Shown one piece after another: positions 7,071-15,306 of a stretch of DNA of 15,306 nucleotides. The translations under genes and the position numbers were made by a program. Source of the stretch: Candidatus Heimdallarchaeota archaeon (GTDB lineage: Archaea > Asgardarchaeota > Heimdallarchaeia > JABLTI01); the NCBI GenBank assembly GCA_019056785.1, contig DXJV01000034.1, forward strand, positions 1 through 15,306. The letters run 5' to 3'. The notes under the pieces were generated by a model. The model was not told the origin of the DNA, searched no databases, and saw only the letters and a program-made list of their open reading frames with translations. Numbering within the stretch: position 1 is the first letter of the stretch; every line of letters starts with the position of its first letter.

Positions 7071-8991
7071 TTGGCAAGAAAGAAATTAATTATATCATTA
7101 AGTATTACTGGGGTTATAATTGTTGCTACAGCCTTAACTCTTGGGTTGGTATTTTGGCAGCATCAACCTCCGGTTGTTGATACCGTTGCTCCTGTTGTTG
7201 AAATTCTTACTCCTCAGGATAATGGTATTTATTACCCCCAACAGCAGAATTTCATAATAGAAGCCACAGATAATGTAGAAATAGATAGGATTTGGTATAA
7301 TTGGGATGGCGTAAATGTCACCTATACAGAGTCCATTATTATTAACTTCTCAGAAGGAACAAAAACCATCTATGCTTGGGCAAATGATACCAGTGGAAAT
7401 GTGGGGATGGCTTCTGCTACTTTTTTACATTTCCAGAGGAGAATTCATTACAGCCTGGGATACTGCTCGGCTTTCAACAAATTCTTCGGCAGAAAATCAG
7501 CTCAAACTTCCTTTAGAAGCAACAGGAAGCTACAATTTTCGTGTCAACTGGGGAGATGGGACAACTGATAGAATCACTACGTGGAATCAAGCTGAAACAT
7601 TGCATACTTACAATTCTGCTGGAGTTTATACCGTGAAAATTACAGGCGAACTTGTCGGATGGCGTTTTGCTGGGGACGGGGACAGGTTAAAACTCGTGGA
7701 CATTATGCAATGGGGCGACCTTCGTGTTGGTAATAACGGCAACTATTTTGCCGGGTGCATGAATTTGAATATCACCGCAAAAGATGGATTGGATCTCAGA
7801 GGTACAACGATACTTACAGGCATGTTTGCATATTGCATAACTCTCAAAGCAATACCTAATAGCCACTTATGGGATGTTTCAAAGGTAACAGATATGCGAG
7901 ATATGTTCTTCAATGCAATAAACTTTAATGGAGAGCTCAACAGTTGGAATACGTCTAGCGTACAAACCATGAGAGAAATGTTTACTTATGCATTTAAATT
8001 TGATCAAGACATAAGCTCTTGGGATACTGGTAATGTTATTGATATGTATTGTATGTTTTATTATGCGCAAATGTTCAATCAAAAGTTGAATTGGAACACA
8101 GCAAAAGTGGAAGATATGAGTTGGATGTTTGGTTCAGCATCCGCCTTTAATCAGCCACTAAGCACATGGAACACATCGAACGTTAAAGATATGTCTTTTA
8201 TGTTCTATTATGCAACGAGTTTTAATGGAAATATCTGTACCTGGGATACTTCTGGAGTTGAAGATATGCAACACATGTTCGATAATGCTCATGACTTCAA
8301 TGAACCAATAGGCACCTGGAACACTTCTCGGGTGACTAATATGGCCTATATGTTTGCAAATACTGCCTATTTCAATCAATCAATAGGCTCGTGGGATACT
8401 TCCAGCGTTACTGACATGCAACATATGTTCGAATCTGCTACTGTCTTCAATCAAGATATTAGTGCTTGGGATACCTCCAGTGTCACCAATATGCAATATA
8501 TGTTCCATTCCGCACAAGACTTCAATCAGAATATAAGTCAATGGGATACTGCTAATGTGGAAGATATGAGCTATATGTTTTATGATGCATTGAAGTTCAA
8601 TCAGAATATTGGTCATTGGAACACTTCAAAGGTAACCACTATGGCCGGAATGTTTTATTTTGCTATGGAATTCAATCAAAACATTAGTCAGTGGGACACT
8701 AGTAGCGTCACTAATATGCAGTTAATGTTCAGTGGGGGAATAAGCTTTGACCAGAATTTAGGCGGCTGGGATGTCTCAAATGTTAGCAATATGACTGATA
8801 TGTTCAAATGGGTTACTTTATCAACCGCCAACTATGATGCTTTGCTCATTGGTTGGTCGGCATTGACGTTACAAAATGGTGTGAATTTTCACGGCGGAGA
8901 CTCGAAGTACAGCGCTGGCGCAGCTGCCACAGCACGAGCGTATATTATCAACACTTTTGGTTGGACGATCACTGATGGAGGGCAAGTTTGA
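7071..8991 (+). CDS. BspA-family/DUF285 repeat surface protein (TM anchor, Ig-like domain, PKD-like domain, repeats), interrupted by a 1-nt frameshift at 7421-7426
   Basis: The 7071 frame encodes a TM helix and an Ig-like domain (DTVAPVVEILTP...EGTKTIYAWANDTSGNVG) up to ASATF. The +1 frame continues YISRGEFITAWDT...VNWGDGT...HTYNSAGVYTVKITG, then the repeats and a GWTITDGG end. Deleting one T gives a single 639-aa ORF. As sequenced the gene is broken: a pseudogene, a phase-off allele or an assembly error. Confidence 0.88.
7870..8805 (+). repeat. Coding tandem repeat: 12 full DUF285 units (75 nt each, one of 72 nt) plus a partial 13th
   Basis: Consensus W[DN]TSxVxxMxxMFxxAxxFNQxIxx. The first Trp codon is at 7870 and the last at 8767, a distance of 897 = 11x75+72. 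Confidence 0.93.
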
Positions 8992-9041
8992 TCAAGTTAA
9001 CTGTGGTTGTATCTCGGTTTTAAAAACAGAGTTTAATCATA

Positions 9042-9071
9042 GTCTTTTCTTTTTTTTATATCTTCTTTTCT
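9042..9071 (+). terminator. T-rich terminator region after the DUF285 gene
   Basis: TCTTTTCTTTTTTTTATATCTTCTTTTCT lies between convergent genes. Confidence 0.45.
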
Positions 9072-9116
9072 AGTTCAACTCTTTTGTAATATTTATTTGA
9101 AAGTAAAACTGCTTCT

Positions 9117-10082
9117 TCATTCATTGGTTTTATAGTATGGGGATTGTTTCAGAATCCATTTTCGAATGAGTGGTCGAAATAGTTTTATCCAAGGGAGGAG
9201 CTTCCGATTTTTCTCTCTAAATTCTGCTATCAAGTCCTCAAAAGTTCGTTGTTGGTATTGTAATAACTGTTGACTGTAATCTGTATCAAAGAACACACAA
9301 TGGAAGTCTTTCGTTCCAAAAGCTCTGTCCGGCAAAGCACCTATACCCAATGCTTCGAACATTGCTGTGATGAATTCTTTATAAGTAACTCTACATTTTT
9401 CTCCTCCGGCGATATGTAAAATTTTGTGCCAGATTTCTTCTTTTTCAAGGGCTGTTACTACTGCTTTGGCGGCATCCTTAATGTGAAGGAGTTCCATATT
9501 CGTATCTAAAGGTACCTCAAAGAGCATCGGGTCCAATTTCATTTTCTTGTCAAAATTTGGCATGAAACCGAAGCGAAGGATCGACCACGTAACCCCAGAT
9601 TGCATGATCATTTTTTCGCTTTCGACTTTTTGCTGTGCATAAAGGTCATCCTTATTGGGGTTTACAGGCTCTTCCGGACCAAGTACACAAGCACCTCGAG
9701 CACGAGTGTCACCAAATACAGCCACAGAGGAGATGTAGATCAATTTTGCATGGTTATTACTTTCCTTTATTGCTTGCAGTACGTTTGCTGTTCCATTCAC
9801 ATTCACTTCATAAGCATAGTTGGGGTCTTCATAATTAATCCTAGGTGGAACAATTGCTGCAAGATGGAGCACAACATCCTGCCCTTCTACAGCGGTTTTT
9901 ACTTCTGAGAGATTTCGGATGTCACCAAAAAACACTCGACAGACTCGAGTATATTTCTTGGCTTTCTTTCGTGAAGCCTTTCGTCGGGTGACAAAACAGG
10001 TGATTTCATGCTCTGTTTTCAAAAGCCGTTCAAGAACATTGGTTCCTAAGCTGCCAAAGGCACCTGTGACTAAAACTTTCAT
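9117..10082 (-). CDS. Extended SDR, NAD(P)-dependent epimerase/dehydratase (3-beta-HSD-like)
   Basis: VLVTGAFGSLG, VLHLAA, VNVNGT, YISSVAVFG and catalytic YAQQK. ATG 10082 follows AGGTTGA; the ORF track start is 10091. Confidence 0.92.
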   Translation of the reverse strand: MKVLVTGAFGSLGTNVLERLLKTEHEITCFVTRRKASRKKAKKYTRVCRVFFGDIRNLSEVKTAVEGQDVVLHLAAIVPPRINYEDPNYAYEVNVNGTANVLQAIKESNNHAKLIYISSVAVFGDTRARGACVLGPEEPVNPNKDDLYAQQKVESEKMIMQSGVTWSILRFGFMPNFDKKMKLDPMLFEVPLDTNMELLHIKDAAKAVVTALEKEEIWHKILHIAGGEKCRVTYKEFITAMFEALGIGALPDRAFGTKDFHCVFFDTDYSQQLLQYQQRTFEDLIAEFREKNRKLLPWIKLFRPLIRKWILKQSPYYKTNE

Positions 10083-10186
10083 TTTCTTCAACCTATTTTA
10101 TCAATACTCTTGCTTTCTTCTTTATTGCTTTTAAAATCATTTGTTGTTAGTTAGGAAAAAAATAAATCATTCTCGGTTGGAGATAG

Positions 10187-10232
10187 ACCAATTAACCTCA
10201 CTTTTAAGGGCTTAAAAGAGTGAGGAATTAGT
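10187..10232 (-). other. Intergenic inverted repeat (stem-loop) directly after the stop codon of the upstream SDR
   Basis: Core CCTCA-CTTTTAAG-GG-CTTAAAAG-AG-TGAGG (10196-10225), extended by ACCAATT/AATTAGT. A T7 tract follows on the minus strand (10162-10156). Confidence 0.6.
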
Positions 10233-10234
10233 TC

Positions 10235-11236
10235 TCAGCATTTTTTTTGTCTTCTTTCCTTCCTTCGTTTCAACCGTTTGTTTTTTGCATAATAAGGTGA
10301 AAGCATTAGAAGGAATGGTCTAACAATGGGTTTGAAGATTTTAGCGAAAATTCTGGCTGCTTTTGTATTTTCACGCATCTCTTGCAACAAATCGTTCATA
10401 TCATGTTTTTGGAATTGTAAAATCCGTTGTAGTTCTGTGGTGTCATAGAAGCAGCAATGGAATGGTTCTGTACTGAAAGCTTCTTCCGGCAGCATTCCCA
10501 CTCCCATGAGTGGGAGCATTTTTTCCAGGAAGTCTTTGTAATACATTTGGCACCTTTTTCCGCCGCCTAGGTTGTGAGCTTTTCCGAATAGCTCCTGGTG
10601 TTCGATCGCATTTGCTAGTGCAACGCCCGTATCTTTTGTATGAGTGAACTCGATAGGGGTATCTAAAGGCATCCGAAACATTAGCGGTGTAAGTTTCATT
10701 TTGTCCGTATTTGGGATATAACTTAGGCGAAAGATAAGATACTCAAGTCCAGAGTTTGTGATATATTCCTCTGCTTTTATTTTTGTCTCAGCATAGTGGT
10801 CTCCCGGGCTCGGGTTGAAAGGATAATCCGTAGTAATACAATGATTCTCGAGATGCCGAACATCGCCATAACAAGCGACGGAAGAAGTGTAGATGAGTTT
10901 TGGTTTCGGCTGTTGTGCCAGCATGGCATCTACAACATTTTTCGTTCCTCCATAATTAATAGCAAAGGTCCGTTTAATATTTCTATTAGCCTTAGGGGGG
11001 ATGATTGCTCCGATATGCAAGACGACATCTTGCCCGGCAACAGCTTTCGCCACTTTTTTAGGGTTGCGAAGGTCGCCCCAAATGATTTTCACCTGCTTTC
11101 GAAACCTTCGAGCTTCTCTCATCGTTGCAGGAGTTCGTTTGTCGAAACAAGTTATTTTGTATTTGTTTTTTGCAATCAAAGCCTCAAGTGTGCTTACACC
11201 AACATTGCCAAAAGCACCGGTCACTAAAATTTTCAT
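10235..11236 (-). CDS. Extended SDR, NAD-dependent epimerase/dehydratase (3-beta-HSD-like), paralogue of 9117-10082
   Basis: ILVTGAFGNVG, CFD, VLHIGA, YTSSVACYG and YAETK. It shares PLDT, GGxxC, FHC.F.DT and SPYY motifs with its neighbour. Confidence 0.93.
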   Translation of the reverse strand: MKILVTGAFGNVGVSTLEALIAKNKYKITCFDKRTPATMREARRFRKQVKIIWGDLRNPKKVAKAVAGQDVVLHIGAIIPPKANRNIKRTFAINYGGTKNVVDAMLAQQPKPKLIYTSSVACYGDVRHLENHCITTDYPFNPSPGDHYAETKIKAEEYITNSGLEYLIFRLSYIPNTDKMKLTPLMFRMPLDTPIEFTHTKDTGVALANAIEHQELFGKAHNLGGGKRCQMYYKDFLEKMLPLMGVGMLPEEAFSTEPFHCCFYDTTELQRILQFQKHDMNDLLQEMRENTKAARIFAKIFKPIVRPFLLMLSPYYAKNKRLKRRKERRQKKC

Positions 11237-11500
11237 TATTATTGTCCCTGTTAGAGTAAATAAGTGATTGAAATTTCTCTTGTTCGTTAGTAATTTCTAA
11301 TTGAAAAACTCTTTGGAAAATTCCATGAAATGAGTTTAAGTCCGTCAAAGGTGCATTTTTCACTTTTTACCATTGTTTCTCTTTGTTAAAAGGCTAATTA
11401 TTGTAGTACTCTTATTTGCTTTCTTGGATCTCTGTAATTATCTAAGATACATGAGATTAGCATAAATTTTGAGTTCCTTTTGTTAATTCAACTTACTTTC

Positions 11501-12253
11501 TTACTCTATAAAGCATTTTACATAACCCGGTCGAATTATTAAAATTTCAGGGAAAATTGCCTCGAGTGCTAAACTATTCAAGAGTAAGTGGCGAAAGTCA
11601 TGTGTAACCATAATGCCTTGTTCGTTCTCCTTCCTCAAAAAATAAATGAAAATTGACAATATTTTTGCATCAGATTTATTCTTTACAGATTTCTTAACTT
11701 CCTCTAAAATTTCAATAAATTTTTGATCGTTAAAATTGTTTTGATTAAAGTTGAGTCTATCAATTTTATACTTTTGATTATAGTTAGCAAATTCTCCCAC
11801 AAGTCTTGTGTTTATCTCATTGAACATCTCCAGACAATTATACAAAACGTCCATTACCTGTGGCTTGGGATTTTGCTTTATTTCTTTCAAAATCAATCCT
11901 TCAATAAAAAATAAGTGATTTCTTTTTTTATTTTCTTTCTCATTGAAAATCTTGTGTTCCATAGTTTTTCTAAATTTTAGAATGTTCTCTTTATTAAAAG
12001 GCCCTTTCAATTTTTTAATTTCTTCAAATATTGAACTAAATTCCTTATTAAACTGTTCTGCAATCCAATCGATTTTCCTATTAACTTCATAAAAAACTTC
12101 ATCGGGACAAATGATTTTAACCTCACCTTTTCTGACCAAGTCTGATACTTCCTCTAAAGGTTCTTTGACTATTGTTTTCCAGATATCTAGAGGAAAAATT
12201 AGAGCAAGATATACATTAGTATCAAATAAAATATATTTCAAGCTTAAACACAC
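11501..12253 (-). CDS. PIN-domain putative ribonuclease with a large helical insertion, 250 aa
   Basis: All four PIN acidic motifs are present: ILFDTNVYL, PDEVFYEV, KSDAKIL and MVTHDFRHL. About 130 aa separate motifs 2 and 3. AAGGAG lies upstream of the GTG start. Confidence 0.8.
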   Translation of the reverse strand: MCLSLKYILFDTNVYLALIFPLDIWKTIVKEPLEEVSDLVRKGEVKIICPDEVFYEVNRKIDWIAEQFNKEFSSIFEEIKKLKGPFNKENILKFRKTMEHKIFNEKENKKRNHLFFIEGLILKEIKQNPKPQVMDVLYNCLEMFNEINTRLVGEFANYNQKYKIDRLNFNQNNFNDQKFIEILEEVKKSVKNKSDAKILSIFIYFLRKENEQGIMVTHDFRHLLLNSLALEAIFPEILIIRPGYVKCFIE

Positions 12254-12269
12254 ACTCTCCTTCTTTTTA

Positions 12270-13286
12270 TTAGAAATTGTGAATTATTCTTGAAATTAAT
12301 TCCATTTTTTCATTGTTTTTGTTATCAAAATTAGTGCTAAAAGTGAATGGTACTTCTTTCTTTCTCTCTCTGGAAACTTTGATTATTTCAAAATGCAAGT
12401 CCATAGATGTTTTGTTTAATTCATTTAAAATCTTCAAGAAATGTTCATTTTCCAATTTAGTTGCATCATAAACTTTCTTGGGTCTAAATAGCTCTTCAAT
12501 TGTCTTAGACGACCATATGTCCATAAAGAATTCTAATTCTAAGATTTTCATTAGCAGTTTCGATTGTTTCATATCTAATCTTATTATTCTTGTTAGTGCT
12601 GCTTTGGTGTTCTTTTTAAAGTGATCAATGCTTCCTCTGCCGGATAATATTACTCTTAGTTCAGATACAATGTTATTTAATTCCGATTTCAGATAATGAA
12701 AATAAGTGATTATAACATTGATTGTTTTACTAATATAAGTCATAAATTTTGGATTTAATTTTGATTCTAAGAAAATCTGCCCATATTTGCGACGTGTTTT
12801 ATAGAGTGTGTTTTCTATAATGTCAAAGCTTTCGTTTATCAGTTTTCTATAATTTTTAATAGCCGTTTTTAGCTCAGGTTTATTGTTATTTTTAATTGCT
12901 TTTTCGACACAGCGATTTATTCTTAATTGATCGAGTAAAAGATTGTCTTCTTTTGATAATTTTTTCTTTTCCTTCAATTTTTCAATCGAGCGTGCAAAAA
13001 TGCGTTTCACTTCAATTCTCCACTTTGAAATTACTTCTTCTAATCTAAACCATGGTGGAATTTTCATTTTGTTTAGAATTTTTAACCCTATATCTAATGT
13101 TCCCTCTTCCAGGATTTTTAATATTTCAATTTTCAATTGTTTGATTTCTTCTTTTTCTTCTTCTTTAATTTCTTCAGATTCAACCGTTTCAGTAGGATAA
13201 AAAATCATCCCCAATGGCATAGTGGTTGTAATAACTTCTGATATTGTTCCTTTTTCAGAAGGTAAAGAACTATTTGTTATTGCCAT
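12270..13286 (-). CDS. Hypothetical K/E/I/L-rich, probably all-helical protein, 338 aa
   Basis: Long ORF in very AT-rich DNA, with a GTGA RBS-like site. It ends 16 nt before the PIN gene. No recognisable motif. Confidence 0.8.
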   Translation of the reverse strand: MAITNSSLPSEKGTISEVITTTMPLGMIFYPTETVESEEIKEEEKEEIKQLKIEILKILEEGTLDIGLKILNKMKIPPWFRLEEVISKWRIEVKRIFARSIEKLKEKKKLSKEDNLLLDQLRINRCVEKAIKNNNKPELKTAIKNYRKLINESFDIIENTLYKTRRKYGQIFLESKLNPKFMTYISKTINVIITYFHYLKSELNNIVSELRVILSGRGSIDHFKKNTKAALTRIIRLDMKQSKLLMKILELEFFMDIWSSKTIEELFRPKKVYDATKLENEHFLKILNELNKTSMDLHFEIIKVSRERKKEVPFTFSTNFDNKNNEKMELISRIIHNF

Positions 13287-13359
13287 TATCTTTCACTCAA
13301 ATGCTTGGAATTTCTTGAATTTTAAATTAATAATTGTTAGAATTAGACTATGGTTTTTC

Positions 13360-13378
13360 TTTATTAAGACTTTTACGG
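13360..13378 (-). promoter_or_regulatory. Putative BRE-TATA promoter of the hypothetical/PIN cassette
   Basis: The minus strand reads CCGTAAAAGTC-TTAATAAA, about 75 nt upstream of ATG 13286. Confidence 0.35.
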
Positions 13379-13514
13379 TAGTTTTATTTCACGTTTAAAA
13401 AGCTCTTTTTTCCATGCACATCGAAAAGCCAAGTCAATAAAAGTTAAAAAATAATATACTTGCTTTATTAACATTTCTAACTTGCGATTATGTTAACTAT
13501 AGTTTCAAAGAAAC

Positions 13515-13533
13515 CGATAAACCTTTTTATAAG
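13515..13533 (+). promoter_or_regulatory. Putative BRE-TATA promoter of the hdrA-like gene
   Basis: CGATAAACC-TTTTTATAAG lies about 65 nt upstream of ATG 13599. GGAG RBS at 13586-13589. Confidence 0.55.
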
Positions 13534-13598
13534 TTATTTACAAAAGTTAGGAAGATTTAATCTACCCTACCCTCAAAAAAACTCCGGAGTTACACTAC

Positions 13599-15306
13599 AT
13601 GAGTGAGGAAATTCGAATTGGCGTCTACGTCTGTCACTGTGGTAGTAATATTGCTGCAATAGTAAATTGCGACGAAGTTGCAGAGTATGCAAAAAGCTTA
13701 CCACATGTTGTTCACACTGCGGCTCCAAAGTACACTTGTTCTAAACCCAGTCAGAAACGCATTCAAGAGGATATTAAAGAGTTCAATCTTAATCGTGTTG
13801 TCGTGGCGAGTTGCTCTCCAAGGCAGCATGAGGAAACCTTTCGACGCGTTCTCGAAGCCGCGGGCTTGAACAAATATCTTTTTGAAATGGCCAATATCCG
13901 TGAACATGTTAGTTGGGTTACTGACAATAAAGAAAAAGCCACAACAAAAGCCAAAGATTTAGTTCGAATGGCGGTGTCAAAAGCAGCATTATTACAACCT
14001 CTTGAACCAAATATTGTCTCAGGCTTTCCAAAGGCGCTTGTTATCGGTGGTGGCATTGCGGGTATCTCGAGTGCCTTAGCACTTGCAGACCTTAATATTG
14101 ATACCATTCTCGTTGAAAAAGAACCAACAATCGGTGGAAAAATGGCTCAATTGGATAAGACCTTTCCTACACAAGATTGCTCCGCGTGTATTCTTACACC
14201 GAAAATGGCTGAAGTCTCTGATCACCCAAATATTACTCTCATGACGAATGCTGAAGTGCATAATATTAGTGGTTATGTTGGGAATTTTGATGTTGAAATT
14301 CTTAAAAAGCCCCGGTATGTTGATCCTGATAAATGTACGGCATGTGGAGAATGCGTGAAAAGTTGTCCCTCAAATGTTCTGAGTCATTTTGACTTGGGAT
14401 TGGCTACCCATAAAGCTATTTATATTCCATTTCCCCAAGCTGTTCCTCAATGTTATACTATCGATAAGCTTGGAATTCCACCTTGTCGAGATGGTTGTCC
14501 TGCTGATATCCATGTGCAAGGCTATGTTAATCTCATTGCAATGGGTAAATTCAAAGAAGCACTCGAGTTAATCCGTGAAGAGAATCCTTTCCCCTCGGTT
14601 TGTGGGAAGATTTGTGTCGGTCATTGCGAGACCTTCTGTGGGCGTCAAAAAGTGGATGATCCTGTGGCCATTCGCGCTTTGAAAGATTTCATATGTGAGT
14701 ACGAACGTAAAGAGCTTGGTTCCAATATTCATGTTGACCCTATACCTAAGAAATACAAAGAAAAAGTTGCCATTGTTGGTGCTGGTCCTTCAGGATTGAC
14801 TTCTGCCTGGTGGCTCGCAAAGCATGGATATCACGTTACTCTTTATGAGATGAAAGAAAAACCAGGTGGTTTATTGCAGTATGCCATCCCTGATTATCGT
14901 TTGCCTAAAGATGTCCTTGATTTTGAAATTCAACGGATCCTTGATTTGGGGGTGGATTTGAAAACCGGTGTTCGTGTCGGGCAAAATGCTGACATTACCT
15001 TTAATGACTTGCGTAAGCGTGGCCTTTTACGACGAAAAGGCTATGACGCTGTAATTATTTCCACCGGCGCTGTCGGAAACAACAAACTCTTTGTTGAAGG
15101 TGAGGACCTTGAGAATGTTATAAGTGGTATTGACTTTCTGAAGGATGTTTGTGATAAAAAGATTACTAAAATCTCCGGAAAAGTTGGCGTTGTTGGTGGT
15201 GGTAATACAGCTATTGATGTTGCTCGTGTAGTAAAACGTCTCGGTGCTTCAGAAGTGAAAGTACTCTATCGGCGAAGCCGAAAAGAAATGCCTGCCTATC
15301 AAGAAG
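13599..15306 (+). CDS. hdrA: Heterodisulfide reductase subunit A-like protein fused to a GltD/Nfn-type NAD(P)H oxidoreductase module (HdrL-type), 3'-truncated by the window edge
   Basis: Translated by hand; open from ATG 13599 to the edge. HdrA part: [90 protein letters not shown]. Inserted module: [66 protein letters not shown]. Confidence 0.95.
   Translation, partial: MSEEIRIGVYVCHCGSNIAAIVNCDEVAEYAKSLPHVVHTAAPKYTCSKPSQKRIQEDIKEFNLNRVVVASCSPRQHEETFRRVLEAAGLNKYLFEMANIREHVSWVTDNKEKATTKAKDLVRMAVSKAALLQPLEPNIVSGFPKALVIGGGIAGISSALALADLNIDTILVEKEPTIGGKMAQLDKTFPTQDCSACILTPKMAEVSDHPNITLMTNAEVHNISGYVGNFDVEILKKPRYVDPDKCTACGECVKSCPSNVLSHFDLGLATHKAIYIPFPQAVPQCYTIDKLGIPPCRDGCPADIHVQGYVNLIAMGKFKEALELIREENPFPSVCGKICVGHCETFCGRQKVDDPVAIRALKDFICEYERKELGSNIHVDPIPKKYKEKVAIVGAGPSGLTSAWWLAKHGYHVTLYEMKEKPGGLLQYAIPDYRLPKDVLDFEIQRILDLGVDLKTGVRVGQNADITFNDLRKRGLLRRKGYDAVIISTGAVGNNKLFVEGEDLENVISGIDFLKDVCDKKITKISGKVGVVGGGNTAIDVARVVKRLGASEVKVLYRRSRKEMPAYQE

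Noticed and set aside
7315-7420. ATG 7315 as the start of an independent 558-aa gene
   Set aside because: Its first 35 or so codons overlap the well-formed Ig-like domain in another frame. Homology begins only after the T6 run.
7421-7427. T TTT TTA is a classic -1 ribosomal slippery heptamer, in frame with the 7071 ORF
   Set aside because: The DUF285 continuation is in the +1 frame. A -1 shift reaches TAG after about 30 codons.
7870-8805. CRISPR array or diversity-generating retroelement target
   Set aside because: The repeats are in-frame, degenerate coding units without spacers. There is no cas gene, reverse transcriptase or adenine-specific template/variable pair.
10153-10240. Sec or readthrough at Cys-UGA followed by a hairpin in the SDR gene
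   Set aside because: No recognisable SECIS core. The paralogue ends earlier, and the 27-codon extension has no evident homology.
11237-13598. Mobile-element ends flanking the PIN cassette
   Set aside because: I found no terminal repeats, target-site duplication, tRNA, integrase or transposase by eye.
13890-13925. NIREHVSWV lacks the Cys of methanogen NIREHCSWV
   Set aside because: As I recall, this variant is common in non-methanogen HdrA-like proteins, and the other N-terminal cysteines are retained.
14175-14195. Possible selenocysteine in HdrA, given the YgeY-like neighbour
   Set aside because: The DCSAC motif is encoded with TGC and TGT, and the visible ORF has no in-frame TGA.
1029-14571. 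Short overlapping or antisense ORFs in the track (e.g. 1029, 2330, 3483, 4204, 5158, 7743-8616, 9600, 10796, 12943, 13678-14571)
   Set aside because: They are shadows of well-supported genes and carry no motifs of their own.

Overview
This is an AT-rich archaeal window, most likely from an Asgard archaeon. That is an inference from an actin-like C-terminus at the left edge, stand-alone LRR, TPR and DUF285 repeat proteins, GGTGA-type ribosome-binding sites, BRE/TATA promoters, T-tract terminators and an HdrA-family gene. In order it contains: the 3' end of a probable actin-family gene (1-86, absent from the ORF track); a membrane-anchored CBM9/DOMON-like protein; a frameshifted CoA-binding (YccU-like) pseudogene; a TPR protein; a YafJ-like class II glutamine amidotransferase divergent from a SagB/ThcOx nitroreductase; a YgeY-like M20 hydrolase followed closely by a small LRR protein; a BspA/DUF285 surface protein split by a 1-nt frameshift in a T6 run; two tandem extended-SDR paralogues; a low-GC two-gene cassette (unknown helical protein plus an enlarged PIN nuclease); and the 5' part of an HdrA/GltD-like fusion (HdrL-type) that runs off the right edge and is also absent from the ORF track. 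The best candidate for an undescribed system is the PIN cassette. Next are the possibly switchable adhesin, the divergent actin-like gene and a three-hairpin intergenic region. I found no RNA gene, CRISPR array, transposase, integrase or reverse transcriptase. All family calls are motif recognition by eye, with no database search.
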